From contig JBCBOS010000023.1 of the NCBI GenBank assembly GCA_039821145.1, forward strand, positions 64,609 through 128,608: a stretch of 64,000 bases of DNA. The letters are read 5' to 3'. Numbering within the stretch: position 1 is the first letter of the stretch; each line of letters opens with the position of its first letter. Of this stretch, positions 1 through 8,658 are shown in pieces. Both the position numbers and the translations under genes were made by a program. This DNA is from Bacteroidota bacterium (lineage in GTDB: Bacteria > Bacteroidota > Bacteroidia > Chitinophagales > Saprospiraceae). The notes beneath the pieces are model-generated. The model searched no databases and was not told where the DNA came from. It saw nothing but the letters and a program-made list of their open reading frames with translations.

Positions 1-2
1 GC

Positions 3-122
3 CACATCCTGGTGGGTGAGGAGCGCCAAAGAGTGGTCCGCATTTTGGAGCATGGCATTGCAACACGGCCCGAATTGCCCGACTACAAAGCCATCCCACT
101 TCCCAAGCCCCCTATAGCCTAA
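3..122 (+). CDS. 3' end of an upstream gene running into the window (C-terminal fragment, unknown product)
   Basis: Frame 3 is open from the window edge to TAA at 120-122 (...HILVGEERQRVVRILEHGIATRPELPDYKAIPLPKPPIA*). It ends 20 nt before the proline-racemase-family gene, consistent with an operon. Confidence 0.3.
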   Translation, partial: HILVGEERQRVVRILEHGIATRPELPDYKAIPLPKPPIA

Positions 123-141
123 AGACAGCCAGGGAACCCAT

Positions 142-1143
142 ATGAGAAAAACCTTCTTTTGCATAGATGCACATACCTGTGGCAATCCTGTCCGGCTGGT
201 GGCAGGAGGTGGTCCCCTCTTACGGGGCGCCAATATGATGGAAAAACGCCTGCACTTCCTCCGGGAATTTGACTGGATTCGCAAAGGCTTGATGTTCGAG
301 CCCAGGGGCCACGACATGATGTCCGGCGCCATCCTCTATCCGGCGAGCGACCCTCAAAATGACATCGGCATTCTCTTCATTGAGACCAGTGGCTGTCTTC
401 CCATGTGCGGGCACGGCACCATCGGCACCGTCACCATAATGCTGGAGGAAGGGCTGGTGACACCTCAGACCGAAGGACAGGTTCGATTGGAGACGCCCGC
501 CGGACTGGTGCTGGCCAGTTATCAGATGAGCAAGGGAAAAGTATCTTCCGTCCGCTTGACCAATGTCTCCTCCTTTTTGTACAAAGAACAACTGGAAGTC
601 GACTGCCCCGATCTGGGATGCTTGCACTTGGATGTCGCCTATGGGGGCAATTTTTATGCAATTGTAGATCCACAGGACAACTTTGCTGGCATACAAGCAC
701 ACACAGCCGGGCAGCTCATCCACTGGAGTCGAAGCATTCGCCAACAACTCAACCAAGAACACAGCTTTCAACATCCCCTTTCGCCTCACATTCAAGGGCT
801 GAGTCACTTGTTGTGGACGGGTGATACGCTGAGTGCAGAGGCCGACGGACGCAATGCAGTGTTCTATGGAGAAAAAGCCATCGACCGTTCTCCCTGCGGC
901 ACGGGAACCTCGGCCCGCATGGCGCAATGGCACGCCAAGGGAAAGCTGTCCGTGGGCGATCGCTTTGTTCACGAAAGCTACATCGGGTCCCAATTCATTG
1001 GTCGGATTGAAGAAATTGGGGCGGTGGGAGACCATCCAGCCATTGTGCCCAGCATCGAGGGTTGGGCGAAAATCACGGGCTACAACACCTTGATCATCGA
1101 CGACGAAGACGATCCCTACGCCTTCGGCTTTCAGGTGATCTGA
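142..1143 (+). CDS. Proline racemase family enzyme (proline racemase or 4-hydroxyproline 2-epimerase type, with the Cys/Cys catalytic pair)
   Basis: N-terminal 'FFCIDAHTCGNPVRLV'; first catalytic motif 'SGCLPMCGHGTIG'; second motif 'SPCGTGTSARMA' carries Cys, not the Thr of the 3-hydroxyproline dehydratase subclass; typical length of 333 aa. Confidence 0.85.
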   Translation: MRKTFFCIDAHTCGNPVRLVAGGGPLLRGANMMEKRLHFLREFDWIRKGLMFEPRGHDMMSGAILYPASDPQNDIGILFIETSGCLPMCGHGTIGTVTIMLEEGLVTPQTEGQVRLETPAGLVLASYQMSKGKVSSVRLTNVSSFLYKEQLEVDCPDLGCLHLDVAYGGNFYAIVDPQDNFAGIQAHTAGQLIHWSRSIRQQLNQEHSFQHPLSPHIQGLSHLLWTGDTLSAEADGRNAVFYGEKAIDRSPCGTGTSARMAQWHAKGKLSVGDRFVHESYIGSQFIGRIEEIGAVGDHPAIVPSIEGWAKITGYNTLIIDDEDDPYAFGFQVI

Positions 1144-1144
1144 T

Positions 1145-2029
1145 CTATTTCAATTGCCACAGTTTTCGGTAGGCAGATGGGGTCGTTTCCTTGGCCTTTT
1201 TGAATTGGCGGACAAAATTGGAGACATTTTTAAACCCCACCTCATAGCAAATTTGCTCCACAGTGGCAGTCGAGGAAGTCAACAACACACAAGCATTTTC
1301 CACCCGCAGCTCATTGAGAAACTGAATGTACGTCTTGCCAGTGTGGTATTTGAAAAAACTGCTGAACTGCGACCGACTCAAACAAGCCACCTGGATGATG
1401 TCCTGCAAGCTGATGTCCTCTCTGTACTTTCGAAAGGTGTAATTCAAGACCTCATTCAAACGCCCTCCTTCGTCTTCGCTCTTGCGCACGGGCCGGTACT
1501 GCTGCTTGTTGAGAGGCATTTTGTCTGCTCGTCGAATGCGCGATAAGATTTGCAAAAAGGCAATGATTCGCCCTTCTTCCTCTTGTTGGGGCATGGACTG
1601 TATGGCTTGAAAAATGGCTCGACAATCTCCTGTCAACTTGATCACCCGCCGGAAGGATTGCAGCAGGCTGTGAATGCCAGACAACTCACTCAATTCAAAA
1701 AACTTTTCTCCAAAGGACTGTTGGTCAAAAAAGAGCGACACACTTTCTGCTCGCTTGTCGGCTTGCTGGTAGTAGTTGGCCGGATGCTTGAGCAGGTGGG
1801 GCACATCTGGTCCGATGAGGAAAATGTCGCCGGGAGAAAAAGCGGTCATGCTGTTGCCTGCGTACAAAATGCCCTCTCCTTGTTCGATGGCGGTGATTTG
1901 GTATTCGGGATGGTAGTGCAGCTTGTCGTAAAAAAATGCCCCCCGATCCAATTGCACCAGCAGGGCATGCTTGTCGGATTTCGAGATTCGAAAAGGGATG
2001 GCTTTGTTCAATCGCTGCATGGGAATCAT
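1145..2029 (-). CDS. AraC family transcriptional regulator (N-terminal cupin-like sensor, C-terminal HTH)
   Basis: C-terminal AraC-type HTH 'LQDIIQVACLSRSQFSSFFKYHTGKTYIQFLNELRVENACVLL'. Start placed at the internal ATG (MIPMQRLNKA...) so that it overlaps the upstream qor stop by ATGA; the 328-aa track ORF begins at an upstream ATG (2131, MDGGSG...) 106 nt inside the qor gene. Confidence 0.8.
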   Translation of the reverse strand: MIPMQRLNKAIPFRISKSDKHALLVQLDRGAFFYDKLHYHPEYQITAIEQGEGILYAGNSMTAFSPGDIFLIGPDVPHLLKHPANYYQQADKRAESVSLFFDQQSFGEKFFELSELSGIHSLLQSFRRVIKLTGDCRAIFQAIQSMPQQEEEGRIIAFLQILSRIRRADKMPLNKQQYRPVRKSEDEGGRLNEVLNYTFRKYREDISLQDIIQVACLSRSQFSSFFKYHTGKTYIQFLNELRVENACVLLTSSTATVEQICYEVGFKNVSNFVRQFKKAKETTPSAYRKLWQLK

Positions 2030-3033
2030 TGCTTGCTTTGTCCAGAGGAGTCGTCTTCTATCCGCAGTACGATCTTGCCACTGTTGAGATTGGCCTCCAT
2101 GCGTTGGTGGGCGGCCACTACCTCCGTCCAATCAAAGACCGAATCGATGATGGCCCGCAAACGTCCGTCGGCAAACTGATCCCAATAAGCGGTGGTGAAA
2201 TCTTTGACCAATTGGCGCTTGTAGGTCAGGCTGCGGGCCCGCAAGGTAGAGCCTTGAATTCGCAGGCGTTTCTGTAGCAGAGGCAAGAGATTGCATGTCT
2301 CCACCTTCACGCCCCCCATCAAGCCCAGGAGCAATAGGCGTCCATCCATGGCAAGACAGGCCACATTGTCGTTCCAGTACGACGCCCCCAGAAAGTCCAA
2401 AATGATGTCGACCCCTCTCCCATTCGTTTCTTCCAGTACAACTTTTCGAAAATCTTGGCTTCGGTAGTCAATGGCACAACTGGCTCCCAATTGCCGACAG
2501 ATGTCGTGCTTCCCGGCAGAGGCCGTCACCAAGCTGGTCACCCCTTTTTGCCTGGCCAGTTGCAAAGCTGCCGTCCCCACCCCACTCGCTCCGGCATGGA
2601 TCAAGACACGTTCTCCCGGCTGCCACTCTGCCAAACACTCCAATGCCTGGAAGGCCGTCAGGAAGACCTCTGGAATGGCGGCGGCTTGCTCCATTGTCAT
2701 GCCGTCTGAGATGGGCAGCAGCAATTGCTCGTCCACCGCCACATACTCCGCGTATCCTCCACCCGCCAAGAGGGCACAGACCCGCGTTCCTTCCTGCCAC
2801 CGATCGGCCTCGGCTCCCCTGGCGACAATCCGCCCCGCTACTTCCAAGCCCAGCAAGGGGCTGGCACCGGCTGGTGGTGGATATTTGCCTCTTCGCTGCA
2901 AGGTATCGGCTCGATTGAGGGCTGTGGCGGCCACCTTGACCAAGACCTCATGGGGACCTGGCACGGGCTGCTCCCATTCGCGAATCTGCAAGACCTCTGG
3001 CCCACCTGGCTGATCGAATGCAATGGCTTTCAT
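2026..3033 (-). CDS. NAD(P)H:quinone oxidoreductase, zinc-independent MDR superfamily (Qor-like)
   Basis: 'MKAIAFDQPGGPEVLQIREWEQPVPGPHEVLVKVAATALNRADTLQRRGKYPPP' and a Rossmann 'GASGVGTAALQLAR'; 335 aa; stop overlaps the AraC start by 4 nt. Confidence 0.85.
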   Translation of the reverse strand: MKAIAFDQPGGPEVLQIREWEQPVPGPHEVLVKVAATALNRADTLQRRGKYPPPAGASPLLGLEVAGRIVARGAEADRWQEGTRVCALLAGGGYAEYVAVDEQLLLPISDGMTMEQAAAIPEVFLTAFQALECLAEWQPGERVLIHAGASGVGTAALQLARQKGVTSLVTASAGKHDICRQLGASCAIDYRSQDFRKVVLEETNGRGVDIILDFLGASYWNDNVACLAMDGRLLLLGLMGGVKVETCNLLPLLQKRLRIQGSTLRARSLTYKRQLVKDFTTAYWDQFADGRLRAIIDSVFDWTEVVAAHQRMEANLNSGKIVLRIEDDSSGQSKQ

Positions 3034-3144
3034 GGAGATGGATTTTGTGGAGGGGGCAATTTAGTGAAATCCCATTTGGCAAGGGAGGGCTGGGAGGAGA
3101 TTTTGCTTGAAATGAGTATCTTTGAATAAATTTCAACTCGGAGA

Positions 3145-4536
3145 ATGAATCAGATACAACAGGCCGTCGAACTCAAAAAAGAGCTGGATCAGGAACGACC
3201 CTTATCGGCTGAAACAGAGGCACGCATCATGCAAAAGTTTCGGCTGGAATGGAACTACCACTCCAATCACATCGAGGGGAACAGTCTGACGTATGGGGAA
3301 ACAAAGGCCCTCATTCTATTTGGAATCACGGCACAGGGAAAGCCCCTCAAGGATCACTTTGAAATCACGGGTCATGATGAGGCCATCAAATGGATACTGG
3401 AGGTGATCAAGCAGGACCGTCCACTGACGGAAACCTTCATCCGGGAACTTCACACCCTCATCCTCAAGGAGCCTTACCAATCCAAGGCCATCACCCCAGA
3501 TGGACAGCCTACAACAAAACGAATCAATGTAGGTCGATACAAAGAAACACCCAATCATGTAAAAACTGTCACAGGTGAAATCTTCCGCTTTGCGACACCA
3601 GAGGAAACGCCTGCCAAAATGAAGGACCTCCTAGAGTGGTATGCAAAGCAACAAGACAGTGCAGACTTCAACCCCATTGCCACGGCCATTGAATTCCACT
3701 ATCGCTTCATCCGCATTCATCCCTTCGACGATGGCAATGGCAGAACCGTACGGATACTGATGAATTTTATTTTGCTGACCAATGGTTATCCTCCCGTCAT
3801 CATCAAGACGGAGAAAAAGGAAACATACTTTGCGGCCCTGCGACAAGCAGATGCGGGCCTCATGGACCCTTTCATTGATTTCATTGTCTCCAATCTTTTG
3901 GTGTCCTTGCGGCTGATGCTTCGCGCGGCCAGGGGAAAGAGCATTGAGGAGGCTAATGATTTGGACAAAGAGCTTCGGTTGTTGGAGCAGAAGTTGAAGG
4001 AGAGGGGGCCAAAGGTGGAAATGGTGAGAAGTCGGGAAGTATTGGTGGGCTTGTATGACCGTAGCATAAAAGCCTTGTTTGAGGAGTTTTTAAAGATTAG
4101 CCAAAAGTTTCTTCTTTTTTACATTAATGCAGAGGTCTTTGTGAGGGGAGCCGGGCAGCCCTCTGCCCATAGCTATAAGGTGAGGGACCCTTTTGTCACA
4201 GAAGACTTCCTGCTGGAGGATAAGAAGTTCCCCCTTGATAAAGATACTTTTCATAATATAGCAAAGAGCACAAAACCACTTTTGCAAAAAGATGTAAGGT
4301 CTATTGAACTCAAATGTCATTTCTACACCTTTAATAATTCTGTAATAAAGCCATTTGATTACAAAACAGAAATAGAAGTTTTTTTTACAGAAACTTACTA
4401 TGAAATATTAAGTACTTATCCCGAAATCAGAATCAAAAAGATTTATCCTCAATCACCGACCAAAGATGAAATCGACAAATTCGTCCGCAAAATAGCCTAC
4501 GAACACATGTCCTACATCGATAAGCGAACGGCCTGA
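3145..4536 (+). CDS. Fic family protein (class II, N-terminal inhibitory motif) with a ~210-aa C-terminal extension of unknown function
   Basis: Canonical Fic motif 'HPFDDGNGRTVR' (HPFx[D/E]GNGR); N-terminal inhibitory (S/T)xxxE(G/N) motif 'SNHIEGN'; the C-terminal third is encoded by strikingly AT-rich DNA (see findings). Confidence 0.85.
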   Translation: MNQIQQAVELKKELDQERPLSAETEARIMQKFRLEWNYHSNHIEGNSLTYGETKALILFGITAQGKPLKDHFEITGHDEAIKWILEVIKQDRPLTETFIRELHTLILKEPYQSKAITPDGQPTTKRINVGRYKETPNHVKTVTGEIFRFATPEETPAKMKDLLEWYAKQQDSADFNPIATAIEFHYRFIRIHPFDDGNGRTVRILMNFILLTNGYPPVIIKTEKKETYFAALRQADAGLMDPFIDFIVSNLLVSLRLMLRAARGKSIEEANDLDKELRLLEQKLKERGPKVEMVRSREVLVGLYDRSIKALFEEFLKISQKFLLFYINAEVFVRGAGQPSAHSYKVRDPFVTEDFLLEDKKFPLDKDTFHNIAKSTKPLLQKDVRSIELKCHFYTFNNSVIKPFDYKTEIEVFFTETYYEILSTYPEIRIKKIYPQSPTKDEIDKFVRKIAYEHMSYIDKRTA

Positions 4537-4543
4537 TCCATCA

Positions 4544-4906
4544 TCACCACCGATCCACCCCAAACCCATGCCTCCCCTCCTCGGTAAACAAAAACAACTG
4601 ATCACCACCAGGGAGCTTGTACAAACTATCCCCCACAGAGGCCAACTTGCTGAAACTTCGCCCCTCCTCCACAGAAGGACGCAAAGACAAATAATAAACC
4701 TGATCGCTTTCTCCAATCTTGACCCGCAAGCCACCACTGGACGCCCGCAAGTACGTGATCCGTCCCTCGATCTTGCTCCTGAGAAAGAACTGGTGATCCT
4801 CTTCCGCATTTGGGTAGGCAAAATGGCGCACTGCCAAGACCACCAACAACCACAACAGGAAGCCGATCAAATTTCGTTTGCGGAAAAAGGTCTTCTTAGA
4901 TGCCAT
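4544..4906 (-). CDS. Hypothetical membrane-anchored protein (single N-terminal TM)
   Basis: Internal ATG gives 'MASKKTFFRKRNLIGFLLWLLVVLAVRHF...' with a hydrophobic helix; convergent with fic, 8 nt between the stops. No recognisable family. Confidence 0.4.
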   Translation of the reverse strand: MASKKTFFRKRNLIGFLLWLLVVLAVRHFAYPNAEEDHQFFLRSKIEGRITYLRASSGGLRVKIGESDQVYYLSLRPSVEEGRSFSKLASVGDSLYKLPGGDQLFLFTEEGRHGFGVDRW

Positions 4907-4967
4907 GGACAATCGTTGAGGAAAGAGGTTTCTTTTTACCTTTATAAGATAACAAAAAATCACGGAC

Positions 4968-5654
4968 ATGGCCCTTTTCGATTGCTGTATCTTCGATGCC
5001 TTTGGCACCCTTTTTCGCCTCGACCTTCCCCACCAACAGTTGGATCAACTGGCAGGAGAGCGGGCAGAGGCCTTGATGAGTTGCTGGCGGCAAAAGCAGT
5101 TGGAATACACTTGGTTGCGCAGCCTCATGAAACGACATGCCAACTTCGAACAACTGACCCGCGAAGCCCTGCAATTCGCACTGGACCAAACCCAGCTGCA
5201 AGAGCAAAGCGAAGCCATTGAGCAATTGCTCCTGCCCATTTACCAAAGCCCCGATTGCTTTCCAGAAGTTCCTGCCGTGTTGCAACAACTCAAAAAACGA
5301 GGATTGACAACTGCCATTCTGTCCAACGGCACGCCCCAAATGCTGCAAAGCGGTGTCGACAACACTGGCATCGCCTCTTCCATCGACCATCTGTTTTCGG
5401 TCGAAAGCGTGGGCGTCTTCAAGCCCGATCCGCGCGTCTACCAAATGGCAGTGGCCCGCCTGGGACTGGCTCGCCATCGCATCCTGTTCATTTCCTCCAA
5501 TGCCTGGGACGTAGCAGGAGCCGCCGCCGCCGGATTGGCCGTCGGATGGGTCAACCGGCAAAACCAACCCCCAGAGCGACTTCCCGCCAAGGCCACTTAT
5601 GAGGTGAAAGACTTGCGAGACATCCTCCAAAAAATAGAAACGCCACAAGGGTGA
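4968..5654 (+). CDS. HAD-superfamily hydrolase, haloacid dehalogenase type II-like
   Basis: HAD motif I 'CIFDAFGTLF' (DxxGTL); motif III/IV region 'ILFISSNAWDVAGAAAAG'; 228 aa. Confidence 0.75.
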   Translation: MALFDCCIFDAFGTLFRLDLPHQQLDQLAGERAEALMSCWRQKQLEYTWLRSLMKRHANFEQLTREALQFALDQTQLQEQSEAIEQLLLPIYQSPDCFPEVPAVLQQLKKRGLTTAILSNGTPQMLQSGVDNTGIASSIDHLFSVESVGVFKPDPRVYQMAVARLGLARHRILFISSNAWDVAGAAAAGLAVGWVNRQNQPPERLPAKATYEVKDLRDILQKIETPQG

Positions 5655-5747
5655 AATCCCGCAAAAGTCGTAATTTGAGTGTTCCAATGAAAAAAGCGGT
5701 TCAAAAAATCATCCGACCGCTTGGAAGCTGCTGAGGCAGTGCCCTAA

Positions 5748-7217
5748 TTGACGACAGGCACAAGACAGTACACAAATCATATGTTCGGAGATTCACCAGA
5801 GAAGAAAATCAAGAAACTTGAGCGAGAAAACCAATTGCTCAAAGAGAGGCTCGACAATCTTCAACAAAACAGAAGAGGGGCCCGCCGGAGAAGCTTGCGC
5901 TACATGCTGAGCAAAAAGGCCGCCTATCTCATCATTGGCAAGGGACTCAAAAACAGCTTGATTCAACTCTACACCGAACTGCCCCACGGCGTCAAAAAAG
6001 ACACCTTTGCTGATGTGAGCGCCCATTTGGTCTGGCGATTGACCCGCATCGGGGTATTTGCCGTCATCATCGGCGTGGTCCCGCTGCTCATTTTATTGAC
6101 CCAAACCATCATCCTCAGCCAGCAAAACAAACTGCTTTCCAGTCAGAACGAGCTTTTCCGACTGCAAGTCGAGCAAGTCAACAACCAGAACAATCTCATC
6201 GACGGTCAAAACCAATTGTTCCGCGAACAAAACAAGCTCTTCGAAAGCCAAAACGAAAAAGTCGATGTCCAAAACGACCTTGTCAAAGGCCAAAACAGAC
6301 TGGTGACTGCCCAAAATGGCCTGTTCGACAACCAAAACAGTTTGGTGGCCAAGCAAAATCAACGCATCGAACAACAAACGGAATTGATCGAAGCCGATCG
6401 CCGAAGCTCTCTCGTCTTTCTGATGGGCAACATCATGGACCGCCTCGATTCCGAACTCAAATCCGAATCCAACGACAAACGCGCCCTCAGCTTGGAACTC
6501 ATCGGACAGATCTCGGCCCTGAGCCAATCGCTCAAGCCCTATCGCTATTTGAAAAATGACCGACTCATCAAAAAGCCCCTCAGTCCCGAGCGGGGCCAGC
6601 TTTTGCTCAGTCTGATCAACAGTCGACTCGATACAGCCGAAACCTACAAGAACATCTACATCAGCACCAAGTTTTCCAGAGCCGATTTGGATGAAGCATT
6701 CCTCAGAGGAGCCTACATGCATGGCGCTATTCTGACCAATGCCGTTCTAGACGAAGCCGATCTCAACAATGCCATTCTCAGCGAAGCCTATTTGCGCGAA
6801 GCTGACCTGAAGGAAATCTACGCCACCAATAGCGACTTCCGCGATGCCGACCTCAGCGAAGCCGAACTAAATTTGGCAGACCTCCGGCGATCCAATCTGA
6901 CCCGCGCCAATCTCAACGAAGCCGAGCTGGACAAGGCCGAACTCAACAGTGCCATCCTAACAGATGCCTCCCTCAAAAATGCCATTTTGATTGATGCGGA
7001 CCTCAGCGAGACCAACCTGATCAGAGCCAACTTCAAAGAGGCCGATCTTCGAAAGGTAGACCTGACATTCGCCATCGTCGACAGCAAAAAATGGTTCAAA
7101 AAACTAGAAAAGTGGAAGGTCAAAGGCCTGGAGGACATCCGAGAGAAGTACAGCCTTGAACCCATCAAAAATGACGATGGCGACATAGCGCACTATCTCC
7201 TGGTCCCCAAAGGCTGA
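5748..7217 (+). CDS. Pentapeptide-repeat protein with N-terminal coiled coil, one TM helix and a central block of 13 'QNxLxxx' heptad repeats
   Basis: Coiled coil 'KKIKKLERENQLLKERLDNLQQ'; TM helix 'IGVFAVIIGVVPLLILLTQTIIL'; heptads 'QNKLLSS QNELFRL ... QNSLVAK'; C-terminal A(D/N)LxxA pentapeptide run 'ADLDEAFLRGAYMHGAILTNAVLDEADLNNAILSEAYLREADL...'. The start may be the internal Met (MFGDSPEKK...). Confidence 0.7.
   Translation: MTTGTRQYTNHMFGDSPEKKIKKLERENQLLKERLDNLQQNRRGARRRSLRYMLSKKAAYLIIGKGLKNSLIQLYTELPHGVKKDTFADVSAHLVWRLTRIGVFAVIIGVVPLLILLTQTIILSQQNKLLSSQNELFRLQVEQVNNQNNLIDGQNQLFREQNKLFESQNEKVDVQNDLVKGQNRLVTAQNGLFDNQNSLVAKQNQRIEQQTELIEADRRSSLVFLMGNIMDRLDSELKSESNDKRALSLELIGQISALSQSLKPYRYLKNDRLIKKPLSPERGQLLLSLINSRLDTAETYKNIYISTKFSRADLDEAFLRGAYMHGAILTNAVLDEADLNNAILSEAYLREADLKEIYATNSDFRDADLSEAELNLADLRRSNLTRANLNEAELDKAELNSAILTDASLKNAILIDADLSETNLIRANFKEADLRKVDLTFAIVDSKKWFKKLEKWKVKGLEDIREKYSLEPIKNDDGDIAHYLLVPKG
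6123..6395 (+). repeat. 21-bp periodic tandem repeat (13 units) encoding QNxLxxx heptads inside the 5748..7217 CDS
   Basis: 'caaaac'/'cagaac' recurs every 21 nt (cag aac gag ctt ttc cga ctg / caa aac caa ttg ttc cgc gaa ...); the protein-level heptad period is exact. Confidence 0.8.
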
Positions 7218-7278
7218 TCCCCAAAGGATTTCCCCAAAGGATTTCCCCATTCCATTTGTCAAAAATATACTTATCAAC

Positions 7279-8247
7279 ATGCACGCACTCATCCTCCAAC
7301 AAGCCGATCAACCACTGTCCTACGACAGCTGCGACACCCCCGTTCCACAAGAAGGCCAAAGCCTGGTCCGCATCCATGCCGCCGCCCTCAACCATCGCGA
7401 TGTGTGGATCACCAAGGGGATGTACCCCGGCATTGTTTACCCCTGCATCCTCGGCTCCGACGGAGCTGGCACCACCCCGGACGGCCGGGAAGTCATCATC
7501 AACCCGAGCCTCAACTGGGGCGACAATCCCCGCGCACAAGGAGCCGGCTATCACATTCTCGGCCTGCCAAGCCAAGGAACCTTTGCCGAACAATTGGCCA
7601 TCGGTGATGACAAACTCGTCGACAAACCCGGCCATTTGACCTTCCAACAGGCAGCCGCCCTCCCCCTGGCAGGACTCACCGCTTACCGCGCCCTCTTCAG
7701 TCGGGCACAATTGCAAAGTGGAGAACGGGTGCTCATCTCTGGCGTAGGAGGGGGCGTGGCTCTGTTTGCTTGCCAATTTGCCCTGGCGGCAGGTGCCGAA
7801 GTCTGGGTGACATCAGGCTCCGAAGAAAAGATCGCCAAGGCCGTAGACATGGGTGCCAAGGGAGGCATGAACTACAAGACGGCCAAGTGGGGGAAAGCGC
7901 TGAAAGCCCAGTCCGGTTTGTTTGATGTGGTGATCGACAGTGCGGGCGGAGATGGATTTGGAGAATTGGTGAGACTCTGTGCTCCGGGGGGTCGAATCGC
8001 CTTTTATGGTGGCACGCGCGGCAATTTCCCAGCCTTGAGCCCACAATTGCTTTTCTGGAAACAAATCTCTTTGCTGGGCAGTACCATGGGCAACGATCAG
8101 GAATTTGCGGACATGGTCGCCTTCGTCGAAAAGCACAAGATCGTTCCGGTTGTCGATTCTGTTTTCCCAATCGCAGACGGCAATGCCGCCTTCCAGCGAA
8201 TGGACGATGGGCTGCAGTTTGGAAAAATTGTCTTAGAACTTGTCTAA
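7279..8247 (+). CDS. Zinc-binding alcohol dehydrogenase / quinone oxidoreductase family protein (MDR)
   Basis: 'VRIHAAALNHRDVWITKGMYPG' and a Rossmann 'GVGGGVALFACQFALAAGAEV'; 322 aa; second MDR paralog in the window. Confidence 0.8.
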   Translation: MHALILQQADQPLSYDSCDTPVPQEGQSLVRIHAAALNHRDVWITKGMYPGIVYPCILGSDGAGTTPDGREVIINPSLNWGDNPRAQGAGYHILGLPSQGTFAEQLAIGDDKLVDKPGHLTFQQAAALPLAGLTAYRALFSRAQLQSGERVLISGVGGGVALFACQFALAAGAEVWVTSGSEEKIAKAVDMGAKGGMNYKTAKWGKALKAQSGLFDVVIDSAGGDGFGELVRLCAPGGRIAFYGGTRGNFPALSPQLLFWKQISLLGSTMGNDQEFADMVAFVEKHKIVPVVDSVFPIADGNAAFQRMDDGLQFGKIVLELV

Positions 8248-8655
8248 CCACTCCTTGGACCTCCGGTAAACGGTCCCCTTGAACAAAGCAACGAGCTGGT
8301 CCTGCTCATCCTTGACCTCTACCCGATAGATGGCAATGCGATGGGCAAGACTCTCCTCTGTAGCCGTAGCAGTAATCAAAGTACCAGCTTTCAACGGCTG
8401 TAGATGGGAAATGGACGTCTCAATGGAAACGGCATGTCGTCCTTGGGAGTTGGAAGCAAAGGCCAGGGCACTGTCGGCCAGCGAATACGTGATGCCACCA
8501 TGTGCAATGCCAAAGCCGTTGGTCATTTCGGGCCGAATTCGCATCCGCAATACGCAATGGCCCGGTTTTTCAACCACCCGCTCGATCCCCAGCCATTGGC
8601 TGAAGGCGTCATTCTGAAACATTTGATCGATGATCTGAGAGGCGTGTTTCTCCAT
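8233..8655 (-). CDS. PaaI-family hotdog-fold thioesterase
   Basis: 'GFGIAHGGITYSLADSALAFASNS' is a typical PaaI/4HBT thioesterase core; 140 aa; convergent 15-nt overlap with the MDR gene. Confidence 0.75.
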   Translation of the reverse strand: MEKHASQIIDQMFQNDAFSQWLGIERVVEKPGHCVLRMRIRPEMTNGFGIAHGGITYSLADSALAFASNSQGRHAVSIETSISHLQPLKAGTLITATATEESLAHRIAIYRVEVKDEQDQLVALFKGTVYRRSKEWLDKF

Positions 8656-8658
8656 GGC

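Noticed and set aside
220-1035. 271-aa minus-strand ORF antisense to the proline-racemase-family gene
   Set aside because: The sense strand carries both catalytic-Cys motifs of the family; the antisense is a shadow ORF.
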